Shown here: piece after piece, positions 26,025-39,100 of the stretch
Position numbering within the stretch: position 1 is the first letter of the stretch
Layout of the letters: every line of letters begins with the position of its first letter
NCBI GenBank assembly: GCA_002633005.1
Contig: NMRA01000616.1
Span: 1-64,000, forward strand
DNA from: Phoronis australis
Taxonomy: Eukaryota > Animalia > Phoronida
DNA length: 64,000 bases
Direction: 5' to 3'
Program-made: the position numbers and the translations under genes
Notes under the pieces: generated by a model
Databases searched by the model: none
Seen by the model: only the letters and a program-made list of their open reading frames with translations
Told to the model about the DNA's origin: nothing

Positions 26025-27776
26025 GTTTTGAAAGAGAGTTTTGGTGCCGGCCACCACAACTGCACAGCAACCAGCGACTGTCTTGATTTTTATGACTTCG
26101 CTCCTCGCCTGATAGAAAGTGGGCAACGGACGTCTTTGTACATCGCCTTCGTGCGATCTGAAGGGTACTATATTCGCCCAGTTAGTTTCATGATGACTAT
26201 AAATCACAAGTCAACTAACCAAGACGACTGGAAGGTAGAAAGCATCTATTACAACAACGTCAAGTATGACGGTGTAGACGAATTGTTGACAGCGTATAAC
26301 GACGGATCGGCTAAGAAGCTGACTATTCCTATTGACAAGGACACGAAGTACTATTCCTATAAAAAGCGACCTGACCATAGCATGCCCGAGAAACCCCAGA
26401 TGGGTCCCCGAATGTATGAGCCTGAAGGTAGGAGATTCAAAGTCACTGGCCGCCACATAGACTATATGGGGTGGAGTTTCGATATCCGTTCTCGGTTTTC
26501 TTCAGGCTTACAACTATTTGATGTGAGATTCCGAGGTGAGCGCATCGCGTATGAGTTGAGTTTCCAAGAAGCGTTCGTTATCTACGCCGGCTATGACGTT
26601 TTTGAGACAATCGCTATGTACTACGATGTGTCATGGAATCTAGGCGAGCTTTCCGCCGAGCTGATGGAGGGTGTTGACTGTCCAGAAACTGCAGTTTATT
26701 TAGACATGGATTACTTCGTAAACACGCACACTCCAAAGCGCAACCAGAGGTCTGTTTGCGTCTTCGAGCTTAACAACCACATGCCTCTGAGAAGACACTT
26801 TTCAACGGATTACAACGGTGGGTATAGATCCTACGCCGGCCTGCCCGATTATCAACTTGTGGTGAGGCAGGCTGCCACCGTGTGGAATTATGACTACGTC
26901 TTCGACTACATTTTCCATTTAAACGGTGCCGTGGAAGTGAAGGCAGCCTCAACTGGATATCCAGAAACAACTTTTTACACTCCGGAAGAGGATCCTTACG
27001 GTCACAGATTGTTCACGACAGCGTTGGGAAACATGCACATTCATAATTTCCACTTCAAGGCAGACATTGATATCTTAGGTCGCTCTAACCGTTACGAGAC
27101 CATCGATATTGGGGTGGAAAAAATACCAAACCCATGGTTCACCGGACGAACCAAGACACAAATGAAGATGGACAGATCTCTGAAAACCACAGAAAAAGAT
27201 GCTGCTTACAAATATGATTTCGATAAGCCGAAGTATTGCATCTTTTACAGCAAAGACAAGGTAAACAGTTACGGAACTAAGCGTGCCTACCGCCTAAAGC
27301 CAGTGGGTATGGGTAAGTTCGTTCTTCCCGATGACACACCTGGTGTACAGGGAGCGTCCTGGACAAAGTATCAACTCGCCGTCACGAAGCACAAAGATCA
27401 CGAGTTGGATAGCAGTTCTGTTTACGCGCAGAACGATCCTTGGAATCCCGTGGTGAACTTTGAAGATTTCATCTTAGACAATGAAGACATTGTGGATGAG
27501 GACCTCATCGCCTGGATTTCGCTCGCTACGCACCATATTCCCCATTCAGAAGACGCTCCGTCGACTCAGACGCCATATATGACTCTAAATTTCTTTCTGT
27601 ATCCTTTCAACTACTTCGACGAAGATCCAAGCGCGTCATCCTCAGATACCGTTTTTGTTCAGCCTACTGACAATTTCCAAAAGGTATCCATCGAGCGCTT
27701 CGGAACATCAACGCAACCCAAGTGCATGCCGCCCGCGCAATACAATGACGCGTATAACGGAACACAATTCCCCTAG
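26025..27776 (+). CDS. Copper-containing amine oxidase, coding exon 2 (catalytic domain); full protein 786 aa
   Basis: Acceptor ctttcgcag|GTT, phase 0. TPQ motif TVWNYDY (Tyr at 26889-26891), catalytic Asp in YYDVSW (26625), Cu ligands HIH (27036-27044) and HIP (27534), plus FRGERIAYEL and PLRRHF. TAG stop; AATAAA at 27966. Confidence 0.97.
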   Translation, partial: VLKESFGAGHHNCTATSDCLDFYDFAPRLIESGQRTSLYIAFVRSEGYYIRPVSFMMTINHKSTNQDDWKVESIYYNNVKYDGVDELLTAYNDGSAKKLTIPIDKDTKYYSYKKRPDHSMPEKPQMGPRMYEPEGRRFKVTGRHIDYMGWSFDIRSRFSSGLQLFDVRFRGERIAYELSFQEAFVIYAGYDVFETIAMYYDVSWNLGELSAELMEGVDCPETAVYLDMDYFVNTHTPKRNQRSVCVFELNNHMPLRRHFSTDYNGGYRSYAGLPDYQLVVRQAATVWNYDYVFDYIFHLNGAVEVKAASTGYPETTFYTPEEDPYGHRLFTTALGNMHIHNFHFKADIDILGRSNRYETIDIGVEKIPNPWFTGRTKTQMKMDRSLKTTEKDAAYKYDFDKPKYCIFYSKDKVNSYGTKRAYRLKPVGMGKFVLPDDTPGVQGASWTKYQLAVTKHKDHELDSSSVYAQNDPWNPVVNFEDFILDNEDIVDEDLIAWISLATHHIPHSEDAPSTQTPYMTLNFFLYPFNYFDEDPSASSSDTVFVQPTDNFQKVSIERFGTSTQPKCMPPAQYNDAYNGTQFP

Positions 27777-28657
27777 GTGAGGAGTACAATTTTTAAAATG
27801 GAAGGACTATTTCGTTGAAATAAGCAACATAAATTTGGGGCCCGTCTTCATTGGCCTGGGTTATATACCAGAGCATGCGCTAGAGTATTGGGACCTGTCC
27901 ATAGTTCCTTTTTCTAGTCATGATTTGTTAGCATTGAGTTTAAAAGGGAACTGTATTTTATTCTGAATAAATTCTGGATAGTTTTCTATGAATTGTTGAT
28001 TAATTTCACAAATAATTCAACATCAAAAATTAAACTTATAATCTCTAACGAAGCTCAAAAATTTACCGGCTTGGAGCGCTGTGACGTATTTGGCGGGGGC
28101 AAAGTCACTGTCCTGTGTTAGCGTGCAATCAAGTATCGTTTTTTATATTGTCAGAATAAGAAATCTTAGTGTGAAATTTCGGGTCACAAGGGATACCTGT
28201 TTGAGCCGAGGCAGCACAAAGTCATCGTCATCGTCAGACGAAAATTTGCCGGTGCAACTGGGGTCAGTGACTGTGCCGAGGGCAATGTGGACTCTAGCCA
28301 TCCAGTCAGCCAGTTGTCAGCCAATACTCCGGCAGCTCTGTAAACTTGAAGGGTTGGTAAGTTACCGACTGTACCTGTATGAAGACTATCGTACCACTGT
28401 GTGTTGAGCTCCGTTAACCCCGAAATTTCAGACAGCCGTTGACTACCCGGGTATAGTTGACTCAGTTATGCTCGTCACCTCGTCGTAAAACTTAGGCTAC
28501 ATCAACATATAAAGCTAACGGACCGGCGGGGGCGCATGCAAAATCTGATATAGTCACCCGACACTTCCATTGTTCGTTGCAGCCGTTTAAGTGGAAAACA
28601 ATCAAATAAACGTCCTTTGGTAGCATAATTTGCCGCCTTTTTAACAAAGAAGTGTGT

Positions 28658-29072
28658 NNNNNNNNNNNNNNNNNNNNNNNNNNNNNNNNNNNNNNNNNNN
28701 NNNNNNNNNNNNNNNNNNNNNNNNNNNNNNNNNNNNNNNNNNNNNNNNNNNNNNNNNNNNNNNNNNNNNNNNNNNNNNNNNNNNNNNNNNNNNNNNNNNN
28801 NNNNNNNNNNNNNNNNNNNNNNNNNNNNNNNNNNNNNNNNNNNNNNNNNNNNNNNNNNNNNNNNNNNNNNNNNNNNNNNNNNNNNNNNNNNNNNNNNNNN
28901 NNNNNNNNNNNNNNNNNNNNNNNNNNNNNNNNNNNNNNNNNNNNNNNNNNNNNNNNNNNNNNNNNNNNNNNNNNNNNNNNNNNNNNNNNNNNNNNNNNNN
29001 NNNNNNNNNNNNNNNNNNNNNNNNNNNNNNNNNNNNNNNNNNNNNNNNNNNNNNNNNNNNNNNNNNNNNNNN
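28658..29072. other. Assembly gap (N run)
   Basis: Run of n characters. Confidence 0.99.
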
Positions 29073-31349
29073 ATAAGGACGATTGATACAATGATAAATT
29101 ACGATGTAAACTCTTCAAATATGACATAAGCAATGAATGTGTAAAGCAGCCGATACCCCGCCGTTCACGTCACTGACACATCAGCCAATCAGCGATCGCT
29201 TTCAGAATTCAGTGTTTTGACCATGAATTCGAATTGGCTTTTGTTTGGCACACAAGTCAGGCAAATGTGAGTTTTATTTGTATGTTAGAACCGATTAACT
29301 GCAACATTATTTTGACTACAGTCCCCTTTTAAGGTCTCACAGTATGTATTTTTTTCTCGTACATCTACATCAGTACACAAAATCTGTCTTGTCGGTTTCC
29401 ATTTACTGAATCAATGACTATTCAGTCCAGTTCAAGAATAATTGGCTATTTGCTGGAGACAAGTTGCTTTGCAATTCGTAAGTACAGTGTGGATTTAAGT
29501 CGGTGTCGTAGGACACCCAGGTCAACTGTTTAAATTTCGTTGGTTTCCGAAGCATATTAGGGTAACCGCCGAAACACTTGAATGGTTGCCGCTGATGACT
29601 CACAAACCAACCTTAATCGATCTTTGTTCTCTAGTACTTGAGTTGAAAACCTCTCCTTAAAATTTTATTCTGTAATTTATCATTCCGAGGTCACCTACCA
29701 ATAACTTCAATGAAGGCTATTTTGAAAGAGTTCGCTAGTATAAGCAACCTTCACTGGCGTGATTTTGCGAGATCTTAGATGAAACAGACTTTTTCGCGAG
29801 GTTGTTGCTTCTACGGAATTCATCCCCGTCTGGTTGATGGGTTAGAACTGGCGAAAGACAGTACTACGTTCCGTCTCGCACACGAAGCTGGTGTGATGTC
29901 GTGCTCCGCTTATAGTATATGTAAATACATGTATCTCGCGTTTTGCGCGTTTTGCGTAATCTTACTTCTTTGCGAAGTTCTCATGTCTGCTAAAGGAACG
30001 CCTGGGCATAGTTTCGTAAATGCAATAATTTCGCGCTTCTCTTCTGATACGTGAAGGTATATGACAAAATCTTTTGAGTTCTTTAGATTTCGCGAGGATC
30101 TCGCGTCTACGGTACTCAAGCCTAGGTCTGTTTCCCGAGTTGTGTATTGTCTTCTGACCAGTGTGCAGTGTGCAGACGGCTTAGCATGTTTCACGAAATC
30201 AGGCTAATTGGCTTAACGTCATAAAGTATGTCTACAACTCGACGCCAAACTTAATATTCTTAGCATGCTCGGTCGTCATGAGCAGGCTAAATCCAAATTC
30301 AAAAATAAAAAAAAAATTACTTCTGACTTAAGACTTTTCGAGAAACAGGCCCCTGGTGAGCAAATCAAATGCAGCTTAATGTTTTTACATGTCGGATATC
30401 AATGACATTTTTTTCCGCTGTCGTAATTGGTCGAACATCTGAGATTGGGCTGTGTGCTCATGTGTAGGGATAAATACAAGGCGTACACGACGAGACAAGA
30501 TGGCTGACAGTGAGAAGGTAGACAAGATAAGAGGACCTTTACCTAAACTAAACCACTCAGACAGAAAGAAAAGAAGGAAAAACGTGCAACTGAAAGTAAA
30601 TAAAAGCTGACCCATTGATTTGGGCACAGAGTACTATCGCTGGGAATCTGTCAGAAGTGAGCTATCGGTCACTAATTCCGAGCAGACCAAACGCCTGCTT
30701 GATGCGTACTACCAGTAAGCAATGCATTTGTGTCCCCCCCCAGCCCCCTATGGTGCGCCGCCCGTGTAGTTATTTAGACATGGCGGCCCCGGCATTAAAA
30801 TTACCTCGAACCGATTAAGTAGTGGTCCGAGAACTCACTGGGAAAAATACTTGTCTAAGAGTTTTAACTTAAAAGTTCAGACAAAAATTCATCGACTTTC
30901 ATTGTCTGTTGACATTAGTAGCTGTATGCCGGGGTCCCCAATTGGCTAGTGACCAATGAGTTTCATTGTCTGTATTGACATTAGCTATATACATCCTCTT
31001 CATTTGGCTAGTGACCTAACCTTCGCCCTAGAACAGAAACGCTCATTTGCTTGGGGGAAATGCGACAACATAACTTCAGGAAGTTGAATAAACTTTGCAA
31101 GATCTTAAAAAACAGGAAAGTTTTTTCTATTTTGTTTTGCAAAAATTATCACAATTACACCTTCTTATCACCATATAGTAATGACTTGTTTTCGGTTGAT
31201 TTCTTGAAACGCTAACAGAAATTTCAAAGCCGTGTTACTTTAAGATAGTACCACCGTCGTAACTGCCCACTGTGAGAGACAGTAGTTGTCCTAGAGCAGA
31301 AGGCCCTCGAAAAATTTAAAGTGTCGACGCCGGGAAACATTTCCATTTC

Positions 31350-31835
31350 AGATTATAGTGAACAGCGTTACACTGGACACACGGTATGTCCCCCTCTTCC
31401 AACAGTTGTTCATGCAGGAGGAGTCCATTCATGATCATTTTTATACCAACATGGCTAGGATAGAAAGAGTACATGTAGACAAAACCACCATTCGCTATGT
31501 AGAAAATGTCGAATTTCAATTTAAAGATTTTGAACTAACCTCTACTGACGAGCCACGAAAAACCTGAATGGCAGCTCACAGGTGTATGGCCGCACACTGT
31601 CTGTGTTCAGTCCGTTAGGCTAGCCGGCTTCCAACCATGTGATACATTCACATTTTCTGCTTGTATGCCCTGCTCTAGTCGCTAGTACTGTTTATTTCGC
31701 TTCCTCCGCGTTAATTCCACCTATTGCCTGATGATTACACAGGTCGTCTCGAAATATAGTAAGTATTTTAATTTGTTTGTTCATGTTCTTTGGTGTTTTG
31801 CTTCATATCTGCACGCCTGAAGACAGGAGATTGTA
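31350..31835 (+). mobile_element. Penelope-like/retrozyme-type repeat with two minimal hammerhead cores
   Basis: Homologous to 62700-63250 (-) and 63575-63930 (+). CTGATGA at 31728 with GAAA at 31751; CTGAAGA at 31817. Confidence 0.6.
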
Positions 31836-32923
31836 TAGAGATTACAAGCGGGAAACTATATGGGTAGCTGGTCGCATAGATACACATGTATGGGTAGATA
31901 GGCGTATCCATTGTTCACTGTCTTTTTCATTCTTAACATGAAGGCAATGGTAAGCATTTGTCGGCAAACGGTTACGTACACCCAGGGTACGTTTACCCGT
32001 GCAACCTGTATTGTTATATTCAACAGACGCAACAATGGCTAACAATGGTAACGTCCCATGGGCGACAACCATGCGACTCGCTTACGCCCGTCGCTTGGAT
32101 CTCGCAATAGCTTGCAACCTCCATACGACGTCATTTGGCATATGTAACATGTCTAACAAAAAGTACAACCGTGCATTCAATCAATTTTGTGTCAATGGAG
32201 GGCTGAACAATAGCAAAAACTTGTATTTTACTCGTTAGCTTAACAGCTGTCTATAGTTTCCTCACACAATGCCCCTGGCAACTTGATGAAAAAGCCGCCA
32301 TCAAAAAAAAAACACAATGAAAAGTGAATACATGTACAGTGATAACCTATAAGAACGGATCGAACCCCTAACACTGGCGGCATAACTAACACGATAAAAT
32401 CGTCTTAAAAGACATTCTTAGAATTTGACATTGCATTTGAAATTAAAAACATGGACCTGCACAGTGTAATCAGTCTAGCTCAGTATGACGACATGTTTTG
32501 GAATTATCAGGAAGACTTAGCAGGGGACGGAAGCATGAGTTCGGTGGAACACACTTAGAATTTTCGATGAATCGTCTCTCAGGAAATGTTCAACAACTGT
32601 CATAAAGGTGGTAAACAAGTCATATTTCGTGCTTTTAAAATAACAATAAAATTCTAGGACACTTCCGTTGCTCATTCTTCATGTGATTCTCAGCTCAGAA
32701 GTGTAAGCTGGTCGTAAAAAGTAAGTTTCTCGGATGTTTCAATGTTCCAGTTCTCTGTGAGACCGGCTGTTGAATCTGGAGCCATGAAGACTGGTATCCC
32801 AGCTTCCGATCAACTGACGCTCTGTGTAAACACGTTTTCAGCAGTCGTTGCCCAGAGCCAAGGATAAGCAGTTATGACTCCTTCGGCTTTAATAAAACCC
32901 TCGTGCCTACATATAAGCATTCG

Positions 32924-33035
32924 TCAAAAGGATTCATGGTAGAAGAAAAACTTGGTTTTCCTTGGTTTACTACAGATGAACATTACTTCAGAGTTCATAG
33001 ATTTTGGTCCGCAGCTGAATACTCCAATCTTGGAC
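32924..33035 (-). CDS. NOX4: NOX4 exon 17 (last)
   Basis: SKIGVFSCGPKSMNSEVMFICSKPRKTKFFFYHESF*; 112 nt. Confidence 0.95.
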
Positions 33036-33131
33036 CTGGAAGAGCACAGGAATAAGAACCTATAGAGGTGCATGGCAAACTGAATATTTAACACCAAGCA
33101 CACGCACGCACGCACGCACGCACGCACGCAC

Positions 33132-33174
<43 letters not shown>

Positions 33175-36100
33175 TACGCACGCACACACACACATACGCG
33201 CGCGCATGCACGTGGAAAAAGTTGACAAGTAACTAATTGCAATAGACAAAATAAGAATTACACGAGAAAGGGCTTACGTGTACGTTGAAATGCAAACGCC
33301 AAAAGGATTCACTTTGAACCATTACGTCTTTTTGTTGACCGTTAGAACATTCAAGGGAACCTTACGTTCCTATTAATGACAAAAGATGACTTCAATGACA
33401 AAGAGAAAATTTTGGCAAAAAATTTCATCCACGAATTTCGAATATTTTCTGAGTTTCATGAGAATTACTTGGTAAGTAAGGTTGTGTCACACATTCGTCA
33501 AAAATATCCTAAAATAGAAAATAAAAAAATTTATATTCACGGGTATAAACACGCCATCAAGCATGATCAGAAACAACCCCTGAATCAGAGCTGATGTATT
33601 AGCAACATCAAATGTTGCTGTTTAGCACAAGCAGGCTGTTGAAAATGATCAATACATTTTTGCAGGTATAAACAGGGGCTGTTGGTGAAAAACCGTAATT
33701 GCGAATTGTACAACGCAACAGTTCATCAAGACGCCTTTGACAGAGCTCCTGGTCGAGGTATTGTACCGTTGTAAACGCCTAATCTAGCAAAAAATGGTTG
33801 GGCGACCTTGCGTTTGTAATATTCAAAAGTTTAATGGATGCTCAACAAAATCCTCTGCTTACAAGGACCAAGACAAATATATTGCGAATATAACGTAGTG
33901 GATCAAGAAATCGAAGCTGCTCTGTCGAGGCTGCGATTTTGTGTTATTTGTCGCAACCAAGTAAATATAACGCCCACTAACTTTAAGGGTGAGTCACGTT
34001 TGGAAGCAATACGTTGTACGAAAAAGAACAAAATGAAGGAAATAATCCATTTCTTTTCTTGGCTCCCGGCGTACAGTATTCTTCATGAATAAAGTTCCAC
34101 CCGGTTTGTCTCATTGTTATCAGTACACAATACAAGATAAAAATCCCATTTCTCCGTCATGACGGCTAAGTCTGTTAACAGCAAAATGACTGGCGATAGC
34201 AATAAAGGTGGCAGAATTCTAATTGCAAAAAGACGTAGCCATCAGCTAACTTTCTTGTTCATTTCTCTTCATTCTTAGGAGAAAACTACTCTCATGATTA
34301 ATTTGACTTCCGCCAAGCCGCCATGACTCGTAATTCCTGGTCATTTTGTCTTAATACTTTTGGCTTGTATTGTATCTGTGCAAGTGTAATGGTTTCTAAA
34401 ATTTTCTTTTGGATCCAAGAAATTGAAATGGACTGCAGGAATTTGATGGACCGTTCCACCGTACCCTAATAATTAGAAATGTAGGGCGAACATGATTGCA
34501 TGTACACATTGTCTCGCATTATCTCACCTGGGATGGCAACTTTCAATCTCCTTAAAGACTGCTGACCATTGAGGTCTATTAGCATAAAGTCTTCTTTGTA
34601 AATATGGATGAGAAGACAATGGTCCGGTTTCGGGATATGTTTCATTGGATGTTACGAACAGCTTGACATCTAGAAAATCCGGTTTATTTATTTGCCACAT
34701 CTGCAAGAACAGAAATACCTTAAGCCAATAAAATGCGTCAGACATCAACCGTTACTGCATGTATCACAGGCCACTAAAGCGGCTACATAGACTTTCCGTC
34801 ATAAAACTAACTTTTGGATTAGAACATTCGGCGTCATGAAATGCGTCTCAAATAGAGGTGTTTCCTTAGTGATTGAGACGAGACTGTAGCAAGTTGGCTT
34901 AGAATGAGCTCAGGGCAGGTCAAGTCGACGCAAACAAAAATGAACACTAAAAAAGTCGCCCCGTTTGTGAATCTGAGAATGGCGATACTGACTTTCTAGG
35001 CGCTATAATCTTAAATAACTACACTTATCATTCTGTATATCTAGCGTTTTGTGGAACAGCGAGGGAGCGTTTAAGCTTATTGTCCCTGGGAGCAGGCACT
35101 AATGGCATGTTATTTAGAACACTTCCAACGACACTTCTGTCCTCTGACTGGCCACAACACGGCACGAACTAAACTTTCGTTATACAGTAATATTGACAAT
35201 GCTGACGGTAAAACACTGGTTCAGGCTGCACAACAAAAGTTGCTATTCGCGATCTGACGGTGTAGAAACCATAAAGCCTGACTACAAGGCGAGCAGACAA
35301 TGTCGTATATCAAAGCAGGGCACCCTAATCTAATCAGAGACGAAAAATCCGAGGATAGAAGCATCAGCGGTCGTGTAATAAAACAAATATAGACCAATTC
35401 CTCGGGCGTCAGGTCACATGTAGGCCTACCTAATCAGAGCAATGTTCTTCCTGGGTCCATGTGACCTGTTGTCAGCCTCGGGTTCAGTCCACATTTGCAT
35501 AATATCACGCGAAACAATGAAACGAATGAAAGCGAGTTTCGCAGCCTTTATACTGGTTACAACAAAATTCCAGTCATAATCTTCAGGACATTCAAGCAGA
35601 CAGAGCGCATGCAGGTACTCCTCCAATAGCACGCCTCACGGGGATACAGCTGTGAACCAGTGGGATTGTTTCCAGTTTCCATAAGACTGAATAGTCCTTT
35701 TGCGAGTTTATAACAATAACGCGAGATTATGTGAGACTTAACTGCGACGTCAGTGTCTGTACATGTAACGTATTTACATGTATGTGATTGTATTTAGGAG
35801 AGTGTCACTTACCTGAGAATTGGCGTCGCTCAACAGGTCGGCAAAAGGCATGAACAAGCCAACAGTTTTAGAAGCCCAGATAATATACAGACGTTGAAGT
35901 TTGTGTTTATGTGTTTGTCTGAAATGAAATGGAACACACGTTTGGGAAATTTAAATAGCAAGAGTAAAACGGGCGTTGATATGCGCCCGCCATGTGCATC
36001 GCAATGATAAAGATACAAAGGGAGTTCATCTTTGTAATATACTGTTTTCCCTTTATTAGGAACACAAACGTCAAATTTAAGAAGATCTGTTAAAGAACAT

Positions 36101-39100
36101 CGTTGGTAGCTATCATTTAGGCAGGCGCAATGACTATTTGCCAATAGAGGTGTCACTGAGCAAAATCCGCCGGTCTAAAAAATACCAACTGGTCTTTATT
36201 CAAGTTAGCACCAAAATAGTCAGATCCATCAAAGGTCAACCTTAGTTGTGATCTCCTTAAAAGAACACACATATCAAGATCTCCAAAAACAAAAAGCCCA
36301 TCAATGACATTTTTGGATACTAGAGCAGATACAAAAATGTCACTGCAAGGCGCCATGGTAGTCCAAAAGTCACCGGCAGCCGTGCTTTCCACAATAAATC
36401 ACACAGACCAAATAGTATTTATTGAGGTAAGGGCAAACAAAATCAAAACAGCCACTAGGGGATTGGTCTCCTCAAGTAACAGTACGTCTCAATAATGTTA
36501 ACTTTCACGATGACTCTTCAAATGTTTTGGAAGATAACAAAAATGACCACCAGGAGCGCAAAATACGTCGAATTTGTCTAAAGCAAGGCATGTGGCATCT
36601 TCTTCATGGAAAATTCAAATCGCCACATTTCGTCAAGATTTATCACAGAACTTCTTAGATATTAAACTGGCAAAGAACGCGAAAAAGTGGTTCTCTACCA
36701 CAGGGACGGAAGTGACACTCTTCACCAGGTATTTTTACAGTTTGTTGCAAAGAATTGGAATTCCTGTTGATATCGAAGCATTTTCCTTTAGTTTGCAATT
36801 TCAAAAAACGCATGTCAGTCTTCATTTGGTAGCACATTTACCTTCATATGGAAAATGTGACCTTTAACCATTATTTAGAAAACATTAGCGACTACACACT
36901 TGGGAATGTTCACTGGGTAATTCTTTGAGAGCATGTGGATGTATATTATCGTGGGTGGAGAACTTGAAAACTCCATTGGGGTGAAAGAGTTTATATTTCG
37001 CCTGTGTTTCAAATATAGTGAATCTGACGATTTTTTCTAGAGATTCTTGCAATGTTCAAAGTGAATGACTCTCGCGTTAGCATCCCCAGAAAGTAAACTT
37101 GCCACGTTCTATTTAAAAGCTATTTTAATGAGATTTTGTGTTCTGGGCCTCTTTAAGGGATACGCAAAGAAAACCTATTGCCATTAGAGGACGTCAAGGA
37201 ATTTTATGGCAGAGGCAAACGTGAAAAAATAAAATTGCCAATCGGGACACCGTGAAAGTTCATAAGAACACAACTGCAAAATTTCGCTAAGACCCTGGCA
37301 GGATTTATGACTGAGATTCAGCAACGAATTGTACTATTTCTATGCACAGCTCAACAACGATAACACACAGAGACAAAAAACGATTACGTAATAGCATGTA
37401 CCTGATGTGATTGAGCAAGGCCACAACTGGCGTAATTCCAATACCCCCAGCTATACATACACCGACGGGAAACTTTAAAATGTCTTCAACAGGACTTCCA
37501 AAAGGTCCGTCTATATACATTCTGTAAAAGTTGGTCAACAAAATGTTTTACAACAAGCTTTCACAGACCTTAGATTATGGCACCAAGAATTTCATATATG
37601 CAAAAAAATATAAACGTAAGGATCGTTCAATAGTGCCTATTTTCTATTTTTATTTTTTCGATTATCATGAATGCAAATACGTATTTCGTAAAATACTTTT
37701 ATAGACTCCGTCACATTAATACGGAGACCAAGACTTCTGTACCTATCCCTACTGAAAATAAAAAATATAAAAAATAATTGCAGGCGGTCTGATACACGTT
37801 GTACCAGACGTGCGCAGGCCTCGCATGTGGGCCCATTGCACTGATCACCTGGAAATATTTTTATGCTTTATTAACATATGGTTACTGCAAATAGGTATAC
37901 AGACTTTGCGTAATTCAAATACTTAAGAAAATGGTTAAATAATTCAATTTCTATAATGCATTGCATTTGGCTGTAAGACAACTGCTTACTTTAGACGTGT
38001 TCTCCTCGATCTAACCGGTAACAAGGTCCTAGTTTCTTCATCCTCCAACAGATAATTTGATAATGCCCCTGAAAAACAGGATTCCTGCTTGTATTTATGC
38101 ATCTATGCAATGCTGTTCGACACAAAACAACAACCACTTTCTGTACAACATTATCTAACTCGGACGGAAGTTAACAAACGTTTCGTATCAAACGGCACTG
38201 CTTATAACAACCATATGCGGTTTTAAAACAAATTACTAATTACATAAACAAGTCATTTCATTAGTATCTTGAATTACAAACATTTAACCCCGGTATGATT
38301 ATGTCGAAAACGAGTCTATTAACTATTCTTGTAACTAGCTCCCGGGAGATTTTTCGGAGAAGAAGGTGTGCATACAAAAACGCAAAAACATACCCGAAGA
38401 AATTAGTTATATTGCTTACTGTTGTTGAAAATAACTCACAGGAACCTTAATCGTGGCAATCAACATGTTCCATCTCTTGGCAAAACTTTGTTTTGATTTT
38501 TCGTGATGGGAAACCGAAGAAAACTTTAAAATTATAAACTTGGGTACAAAAACTAGAAGAGACACCAAAACGTTTATGGACACAAACTAATGGGCACAGA
38601 TGTGACTTTACAGTTTCAAGTTCAACAGAGTTACCCTGTAGAGGTTTTCGGTTTAGTAACAAGAACGCATCAATGACTAACGCAAAAATCCCGTAAAGAA
38701 ATTCTTTCGAGATGGTAGTGTAATACGTGAACAACTCCTGTGTGCTCAGATGCTCACAAGACATGCAGTATGTCAGTTAACTGTTCATGAAATCCTGAAA
38801 CAACTATCAAAGAAATGAACATTTACATGCAGTATACTGCAAATCAGTCCACGAGCTTAAAGAAGCATATTGGTGTCAATTGACTTTGACTATCAAAGAA
38901 ATGAACATTTACATGTAGTATACTGCAAATCAGTCCACGAGCTTAAAGAAGCATATTGGTGTCAATTGACTTTGACTTCGAGTCAAAAAAGACAATATTT
39001 TTCTTCGTTTGTAATAACAAATACAACTCTGTGTCTTTTTGAACTTTCAAAAGCATTTTTTCTTTCATTTGGATTTCACATGTGGTGTGGGCGTTTAAAC

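Noticed and set aside
28492-29133. Long ORFs in the ORF track
   Set aside because: Artefacts of the N gap.
29560-29620. GAAAC...CTGATGA hammerhead-like words
   Set aside because: No supporting stems could be formed.
35426-36480. Protein-like minus-strand ORFs in the introns flanking NOX4 exon 15
   Set aside because: No family motif recognised and no consistent splice chain; a nested gene cannot be supported.
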